Assembly: GCA_027053075.1 (NCBI GenBank)
Contig: JALUEE010000048.1
Location: 1 to 14,793 of the forward strand
From: a candidate division WOR-3 bacterium
GTDB taxonomy: Bacteria; Hydrothermota; Hydrothermia; B15-G9; WFZT01
Direction of reading: 5' to 3'
Length of the DNA stretch: 14,793 nt
The stretch's first letter is position 1. Each line of letters starts with the position of its first letter. Below are positions 7,826-13,527 of this stretch, piece by piece. A program made the translations under genes and the position numbers. The notes under the pieces were generated by a model. That model saw only the letters and a list, made by a program, of their open reading frames with translations, was not told where the DNA came from and did not search any database.

Positions 7826-7883
7826 CCCCCCACCTAATTCCTCCCCCCACGCACGAAGTGCGTGGGGGGAGAATGGGAGGGGG
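7826..7883. repeat. BoxC/REP-like GC-rich hairpin with GAA loop
   Basis: CTCCCCCCACGCAC-gaa-GTGCGTGGGGGGAG (7841-7871, 14 bp) with a C-rich left tail and G-rich right tail. It shares the core CCCACGCAC-N3-GTGCGTGGG with the 7699 hairpin. Confidence 0.85.
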
Positions 7884-7909
7884 CAACACTTTGGAACACA
7901 CTTATAACC

Positions 7910-9172
7910 ATGGACAAGTTTGAAATCGAAGGTGGCTATCCATTAAGAGGCACGGTCAACATCAGCGGGGCAAAAAATGCGGTGCTGCCCCTTATGGCCG
8001 CGTCTATTCTATTTGAAAAACCTTTTACACTCCTTAATGTTCCCGATGTGCAGGATGTTTATACTCTTGCTGAGTTATTAGATGTGCTCGGTGTTAAAGC
8101 CGAAAGGCTTGAAAAGGGCAAATGGAGAATCGACCCCTCACGTATTACCTCCACCAGAGCCCCCTATGAGATAGTAAAAAAGATGCGTGCTTCTATCTAT
8201 GTGCTCGGTCCCCTGCTTGTTCGTGAGGGCAAGGCCGAAGTTTCGCTGCCCGGGGGATGTGCATTTGGTCCTAGACCCGTTGACCTGCACATCAAAGGGC
8301 TCAAAGCTCTTGGTGCCGAGCTAAATATTTGCCACGGTTATATCTGTGGAGAGCTCAAAGCCCCTCACGGGGCAGAGATAATCTTTGACAAAAAATCTGT
8401 GGGTGCAACTGCCCATATCATGATGGCAGCATCATTGATTCCAGAAAAAACAAGATTAATCAACGTCGCCCAGGAGCCCGAAGTTGTACAGCTTGGTGAA
8501 TTCCTGAAAGCATCCGGGGCAGAAATTTCCGGATTGGGAACCGACGTCATCGAGATCGTAGGTAAGGAGCATTTATCACCTCCTGACGGCTATTCAGTGA
8601 TTCCCGATAGAATTGAGGCTGGCACTTACGCAGTGGCGGCATATCTTACCGGTGGTGATGTAAAAATAGACAACTGCATACCCGAGCATTTTCGTAACGT
8701 TATCGATAAATTAAAACTGGCAGGAGCGAAGGTAGAGGAAGGGGAAACATTTATCAGGGTAACTCCCGAAAGTGACTTCATTAAACCGGTTAATATCATA
8801 ACAGCTCCCTTCCCCGGCTTTCCCACTGACATGCAGGCCCAGTTTATGTCATTAATGACCGTTGCAAAGGGCACAAGTGTGATAAAAGAGGGAATTTATC
8901 CTGACAGGTTTAAGCATGCTTTTGAGCTCAACCGATTAGGTGCCGATATCATCGTCGAGGACGGCACAGCAGTGGTAAATGGAGTTGAAAAACTTTACGG
9001 TGCACCGGTTATGGCAACAGACCTGAGAGCCTCAGCTGCCCTTGTCCTTGGGGGATTAATCGCCGAGGGAAAGACCATAGTTGATAGGATTTATCACCTT
9101 GATAGGGGATACGACTCTTTTGAGATAAAGCTACAGGCTCTTGGGGCCCATATTAAGAGGGTAAAAAGTTAG
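7910..9172 (+). CDS. murA: UDP-N-acetylglucosamine 1-carboxyvinyltransferase
   Basis: SGAKNAVLP, MRASI, PGGCAFGPRPVDLH (catalytic Cys present), PDRIEAGT, PGFPTDMQAQ, ATDLRASA, HLDRGY. Start reassigned to ATG 7910 (MDKF); the track start at 7862 is inside the hairpin repeat. Confidence 0.98.
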   Translation: MDKFEIEGGYPLRGTVNISGAKNAVLPLMAASILFEKPFTLLNVPDVQDVYTLAELLDVLGVKAERLEKGKWRIDPSRITSTRAPYEIVKKMRASIYVLGPLLVREGKAEVSLPGGCAFGPRPVDLHIKGLKALGAELNICHGYICGELKAPHGAEIIFDKKSVGATAHIMMAASLIPEKTRLINVAQEPEVVQLGEFLKASGAEISGLGTDVIEIVGKEHLSPPDGYSVIPDRIEAGTYAVAAYLTGGDVKIDNCIPEHFRNVIDKLKLAGAKVEEGETFIRVTPESDFIKPVNIITAPFPGFPTDMQAQFMSLMTVAKGTSVIKEGIYPDRFKHAFELNRLGADIIVEDGTAVVNGVEKLYGAPVMATDLRASAALVLGGLIAEGKTIVDRIYHLDRGYDSFEIKLQALGAHIKRVKS

Positions 9173-9882
9173 TTGTCCTTTTCCGGAACATAAACAAGAA
9201 TTCTGCCGCAGTTCTCACATCTACCAATTTCACCTGTGGAGCGAAGCTTAATGACAAGCTGAAGCGGCAGGACGGCGTTACACTCGCTACAGCTTCCATC
9301 AACCACATAGGCCACTGCAGTTCCCTTGGTTTTCCTGATTTTCTCATACTGGCTATAAAGTTCACCAGGTAGTTTTTTGACCACATTTTCTCGCTGTGCC
9401 CTGAGAATCGCAAGCTTATCGTCTATATGGGCAAATTCGTTCTGAATATCTTTAATCTTGTTTCTTATTTCCTGCTCCTTGTGTGCATTCTCTTCTTCTT
9501 TTTTCCCAAGGGTGGCTCTAAGTTCGTCAACCTGATATAGTAGCTCTATCTCTTTTTCTTCGAGAGATTCTTTTTCCCGTTTAGCGTTGGCTATTTGATC
9601 CATGAGAGCCCGGTATTCTTCGTTGCTTTTAACCATATGCTCCTTTGCCAGATAATTCTGGATTTCCTCTTCTTTGGATTTTATATCGAGCTCGATCTTT
9701 TTAATCTCCTTTTCCGTCTCTTTGATTTTACTGGAAAGGTCCTTTAGCTCTTTTTTGAGGTCATCTATCTCGCGCTCAAGCTCCTTTATCTGGAGGGGGA
9801 TAAGTTCTTTCCTCTTAAGATGGGTCTCAATTTCTTTATCTATCTTTTGAAGACTTACGAGAAGCTCGGCTTCGTGGTTCAT
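9169..9882 (-). CDS. Coiled-coil protein with C-terminal C4 zinc ribbon (DUF164/zf-RING_7, CdsZ/FlgZ-like)
   Basis: Long heptad coiled coil, LYSQYEKIRK, AVA, CSEC...CENCGRILV. Start ATG 9882 (MNHEAELLVSLQKID) is preferred over 9906 because the predicted promoter spans 9906. Confidence 0.92.
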   Translation of the reverse strand: MNHEAELLVSLQKIDKEIETHLKRKELIPLQIKELEREIDDLKKELKDLSSKIKETEKEIKKIELDIKSKEEEIQNYLAKEHMVKSNEEYRALMDQIANAKREKESLEEKEIELLYQVDELRATLGKKEEENAHKEQEIRNKIKDIQNEFAHIDDKLAILRAQRENVVKKLPGELYSQYEKIRKTKGTAVAYVVDGSCSECNAVLPLQLVIKLRSTGEIGRCENCGRILVYVPEKDN

Positions 9883-9890
9883 TGGCTTAA

Positions 9891-9919
9891 ATAATATTTC
9901 AACCATTCGGGACAGTCAA
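9891..9919 (-). promoter_or_regulatory. Putative sigma70 promoter (leaderless or near-leaderless) for the zinc-ribbon gene
   Basis: On the minus strand: TTGACT (9919-9914), 17 nt, TATTAT (9896-9891), 8 nt, ATG 9882. Confidence 0.7.
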
Positions 9920-10028
9920 ATTCAGACCATTTGAGGAAATTTATGAATCAAGCAAGTCAAAGTAAGATTGTATGCAATGATACCTGCTTTACATCCGATG
10001 CTTACCTAAGGAAAATCCAGATGTGCGA

Positions 10029-12368
10029 TTAATCAGCAGATTCCCTGAACTTCCTCGGTGGGACAAGGCCGGGATAATAGTGGTCAAAGAGTAAGTTAAA
10101 AAGCTCGTGTGACCTGATAACAATGGTTTTGTAATTCCACCCACGCTCAGCAGCAATCTCCCCTAACTCCTTCAAATGTAGAAAGTTCTCAAGAATCAAA
10201 ACTTCATCCATCTCGGAGAGCTCGATGTCAAGGTTCAGGAAGTAAAGCTGAGCCAGTTTCCTTGCAATGTCCCTAACATACCCCCATGGTATTACCTCCC
10301 GCCTGAAAAGTTTCACTCGCTCTACCTCGTCATCACTTATATTCCGCCTCTCGGTTATCCTCGAAATCCTCTGTCTGATCAACCGCAAGAAAAGCTCCGT
10401 CTCCATGTCCCTGTAATTTGTGTCTTTAAGCTTGATTATCCTCCTCACAAGAAGAGTATTAAACCTCTCGATAAAATCGCTGACCTCGTGGTTGTGCGCT
10501 TTTACATAAGCCACACTGTATTCACCACTTACAGCGTTTCGAACTGGTGAAATATATACCGGGTAATAGCCATTGCGAAACCAGAAGTTTAAAAGCTCTG
10601 GAGTCGCACCAAAACTCGCGCCAAACCAGTCAAACCTGCCAGAGTAAAATTCCTCCATCTTTTTTAAAGAAGCTGACCCGATGCCTTGATTGAAAAAGGA
10701 AGGATGGGCAGCTATTCTGACAACCCTGAGTCCTTTAAAACAGGGGAAGCGTGCATCCTCGTAATACCTCGCCAGAACAGAAGGGATAACATGGCCATTA
10801 ATCTCCTGGTGAAGCTCTGGATTTTGTGTAAGTCCCTCACAGATTTCCTCCGGCAAATTACCCTCCTCAGCTAAAAGAAGCGAGGATGCAAGTTTTTGAT
10901 CTAATTTGAGTGAAGCGGCATGAATGTGTGGTGCATCGGCAAGAATTATTATATCATTAGGTTCATTCCTGTAATGAGCAAGAATGTAAATTCCTATGTA
11001 TTTCCTGAGAGTCTCTCTGTCCTCAAGAAAGAGCTTTACGCGGTCAAATTCGATAAATTCCTGCCTCTTGAAATTGAGCTCATCTATCCTCTCGGGCTCT
11101 GCATCAAGGAGAAGCACATCATATAGCCACTTTTCTATTGGATCGTTTGCGCTATACCTTATGGGCTCGTTTAATTCAAAAATCTGAACGTTAATCCCAT
11201 CCTCTTTTAGTTTTCTGAGAAACCTTATATTGAAACCTCTTCCAGCCCCCTCGTACCCGTGGATTGTGGTTGAAAAGATGGATTTTTCAGCAACATTAAG
11301 GAGTTTGTGGAGCATGGGGACAGGCAACCCGGAGGCCTCATCGACAACCACCATGTCCACATTTTGATAAACCATGTCCATCGGGGTATGGTAAACCATT
11401 TCAAACTTCTTTCTCTTCAAAACTTTACCATCAAATTTTGGTGGTTCACCAAGAGTGGTCATGGCAAGTTTGGCAAATTCGAAAATGGTTTTCGCGCCCT
11501 CAAAGGATGGTGCCGTTACTCCCACTCTGAAACGGCCAAAATTCAGGTGATGCGCAAGCGCCCCTAAAAATAACCCCACCACTGCAGATTTCCCGCGTCC
11601 CCTGTTTGCTGTTACCACAAAGGTTCCATCTCCAGAAAAGTAGTACTTCTCCAATTTTTCAAGAACATCCACCTGATCCTGAGTAGCACAGAGCCTGTAA
11701 ATTCTTTTATCAAAGGTCATTCTTTCCGGAATGGTTATTTTCTGCCTTTCTTGGCTTTTTCCCTTTACTCTATTGGCAATTGCCTCAGTCTCGCTCACAA
11801 AATAGATGCCGGGAGACGTTTTCAGGGAATGCAGAAAGTATCTCTCAAAAGTTCTTTTAGTATCCCGCTCTGTATAAGGGTATGAAGCCAGCTCAAAATG
11901 CTGCTTCATGGTCTTCTCAAGCCATGAAGCAGGGGAATCTAAAAGAATAAAAATGATCCCACCACCCCTTACGGTATCAACAAGTATGCCGAGGTCATTG
12001 GGGAAGAGCGAGAACGTGAGATCAATCACAGCAGCATCAAAGGTCTCACCAAGCACAGTCCTTGAGCGTCCAATGGGGATGGTTTTGATGTAAATCTTTC
12101 GAGGTCTGTGCCGCTTAATTACCCGCATAAATCTCCAGTATGAACTTTCCCTATCCTCGTAGGCGTAAAGAACGCGCTTTTTCCCCTCAACTATACTATG
12201 AAACGCGAGAATAAGATATGCCGAGTAAGCAAACTTTTTGTGGGTATCCACTGCCAGTGTGATTATCCGTCTGTGCCTACTTGCGTTTGCGTCATAAACT
12301 GCTTCAAAGAGAAACTTTCCAAGCAGCTGCCTAAGGTTTTCGGGTAATTTTGAAAGGTACTTCTGCAT
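10029..12368 (-). CDS. tmcA: RNA cytidine N4-acetyltransferase TmcA/Nat10 family (DUF1726, helicase and GNAT domains)
   Basis: PNDLG...TVRGGG, ATQDQ, TANRGRGKSA (Walker A), VTAPS, VVDEASG, FSTTIHGYEGAGRGF, EPIRYSANDPIEKWL, AHYRNEPND, RVVRIAAHP, GASFG, FWFRNGY. Confidence 0.95.
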   Translation of the reverse strand: MQKYLSKLPENLRQLLGKFLFEAVYDANASRHRRIITLAVDTHKKFAYSAYLILAFHSIVEGKKRVLYAYEDRESSYWRFMRVIKRHRPRKIYIKTIPIGRSRTVLGETFDAAVIDLTFSLFPNDLGILVDTVRGGGIIFILLDSPASWLEKTMKQHFELASYPYTERDTKRTFERYFLHSLKTSPGIYFVSETEAIANRVKGKSQERQKITIPERMTFDKRIYRLCATQDQVDVLEKLEKYYFSGDGTFVVTANRGRGKSAVVGLFLGALAHHLNFGRFRVGVTAPSFEGAKTIFEFAKLAMTTLGEPPKFDGKVLKRKKFEMVYHTPMDMVYQNVDMVVVDEASGLPVPMLHKLLNVAEKSIFSTTIHGYEGAGRGFNIRFLRKLKEDGINVQIFELNEPIRYSANDPIEKWLYDVLLLDAEPERIDELNFKRQEFIEFDRVKLFLEDRETLRKYIGIYILAHYRNEPNDIIILADAPHIHAASLKLDQKLASSLLLAEEGNLPEEICEGLTQNPELHQEINGHVIPSVLARYYEDARFPCFKGLRVVRIAAHPSFFNQGIGSASLKKMEEFYSGRFDWFGASFGATPELLNFWFRNGYYPVYISPVRNAVSGEYSVAYVKAHNHEVSDFIERFNTLLVRRIIKLKDTNYRDMETELFLRLIRQRISRITERRNISDDEVERVKLFRREVIPWGYVRDIARKLAQLYFLNLDIELSEMDEVLILENFLHLKELGEIAAERGWNYKTIVIRSHELFNLLFDHYYPGLVPPRKFRESAD

Positions 12369-12382
12369 GGGATAAAATTATA
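12350..12382. promoter_or_regulatory. Putative bidirectional promoter with overlapping -10 boxes between tmcA and the ASCH gene
   Basis: Plus strand: TTGAAA (12350-12355), 17 nt, TAAAAT (12373-12378), 6 nt, ATG 12385. Minus strand: TATAAT (12382-12377), 8 nt, ATG 12368, with no convincing -35. Confidence 0.7.
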
Positions 12383-12384
12383 GA

Positions 12385-12759
12385 ATGGTCCCCGAACTGA
12401 AAACAGGCCTTGTGGTCAAATCCAGATTTGCAAAGCTCATTGTAGAGGGTGAGAAGTCATGGGAAATACGAAAAATTCCACCGTATGTCACGGGGATTGT
12501 TGGTGTAATAGATGGGGATAATGACCTCTTACTCGGGACCGTGGAAATTTCAGGATTTCTTGGACCTTTCTCACTGAAGGAAATCCTCAAATACGAAGAC
12601 AAACACCACGGAGGCAAGTTCTTGAAGAATTATGCGCGAGGGGGCATAAAGCTCTTTGCCTGGCAGCTCAGAAATCCTATCAAATTCTCAAAACCTCTCA
12701 AGGTCAAATACAAAGAGGGCAAAGCAGGCATCGCCGAAATTCTGGATGTTGAGGTGTGA
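12385..12759 (+). CDS. ASCH-domain (PUA-like) protein
   Basis: GLVVKSRFAKLIVEGEKSWEIR (GxKxxExR), LLGTVEI, FAWQLRNPIKFSKPL. Confidence 0.9.
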   Translation: MVPELKTGLVVKSRFAKLIVEGEKSWEIRKIPPYVTGIVGVIDGDNDLLLGTVEISGFLGPFSLKEILKYEDKHHGGKFLKNYARGGIKLFAWQLRNPIKFSKPLKVKYKEGKAGIAEILDVEV

Positions 12760-12929
12760 ATGGGGAAACCGCCGGAGGGTAATATTTATTTTGGAAAACA
12801 TCGGGCCTTTCTTGCCTCGTAGATTCTGGCTGTGGGGCTGTTAAATAACGCATTTCCCCACGTTTTGTGAGTGATAAGGCCTTTTGCTTGAACTTTGATA
12901 AATTTAATTTGAAAAAATTTAAGAAGTAG

Positions 12930-13406
12930 CCCCTCACCTTTATCCTCTCCCCGCAAATTATTTATGCGGGGAGAGGAAATTTTGTTTTCGAGTGGAACTG
13001 CAGAAACTGCATCAAATATGTTACTCAAAGACCTTTTCAGACTTTTACATAGAAGAAATTTTAGTTGCAACTCTATCCCCTTTCCGCAATCTCAAAATGC
13101 TTCCTTCCCCCGCTTGCAAAGCAAGCGGGGGAAGGATAAAGGGAGGGCATTCCGCTTGAAAAATTCAAGATGTGGCCTTTCAACGGACAACTTCAAAAAA
13201 CTCCCTCCCCCCACGCTCTGCGTGGGGGAGGGATAAAGGGAGGGGGTATTCCGCTTGAAATCTTTAAAAAATTTAAGTTGAAGGCCCTCACCCCATCCCT
13301 CTCCCACTTCGTGGGAGAGGGAGATTGGTGAATTTTTGATTAGAAATTTTTAGATGTGACACCTCACTTGACCTCTCCCCGCAAGTATTGGCGTGGGAAG
13401 AGGGAG
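12930..13406. repeat. Cluster of five BoxC/REP-like hairpins with purine/pyrimidine tails
   Basis: Stems at 12943-12977 (13 bp), 13102-13136 (16 bp, AAA loop), 13202-13233 (one bulge, TCT loop), 13296-13322 (12 bp, TTC loop) and a degenerate copy at about 13362-13406. Consensus CCCTCACC-N-CCTCTCCC...GGGAGAGG in both orientations. Confidence 0.85.
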
Positions 13407-13495
13407 ATTTTAATAAGAACTTTTTCACAAACTTTGCTTGTGTACTCGGACCCCACTAAAGTCACGCGACCCTACAGGCGAAGCCCATATTTCTA

Positions 13496-13527
13496 CAGCC
13501 CCCGCGCGAAGCGCGGGGCTGCTTTTT
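13496..13527. terminator. GC-rich hairpin next to the NCS2 stop codon; possible intrinsic terminator
   Basis: CAGCCCCCGCGC-gaa-GCGCGGGGCTG (one bulge) followed by CTTTTT on the plus strand. The minus strand has no clear U-tract. Confidence 0.5.

Noticed and set aside
7862..7909. N-terminal extension of MurA in the ORF track
   Set aside because: It begins within the hairpin repeat. MurA homology starts at MDKF (7910).
7891..7909. murA promoter TTGGAA/TATAAC, or a SatD-type operator half-site TATAACC
   Set aside because: The two boxes are only 6 nt apart and TATAAC is 1 nt from the ATG. No matching GGTTAT half-site follows.
8245..8290. Fosfomycin-resistant MurA variant
   Set aside because: The catalytic Cys is retained (PGGCAFG); there is no Cys-to-Asp change.
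9907..10028. ncRNA or second promoter between tmcA and the zinc-ribbon gene (second AGTCAAA at 9955-9961)
   Set aside because: No stable structure is evident, and the second TTGACT has no -10 box at a suitable spacing.
12656..13307. ORFs 12656-12844, 12704-12937, 12786-13070, 12964-13236 and 13092-13307
   Set aside because: They overlap one another and mostly run through the hairpin repeats, giving repeat-derived peptides (GEGWGEG, EDKGEG). None has a recognisable domain.
12930..13406. CRISPR array
   Set aside because: The units differ in sequence and length, occur in both orientations and are irregularly spaced. There are no cas genes in the window.
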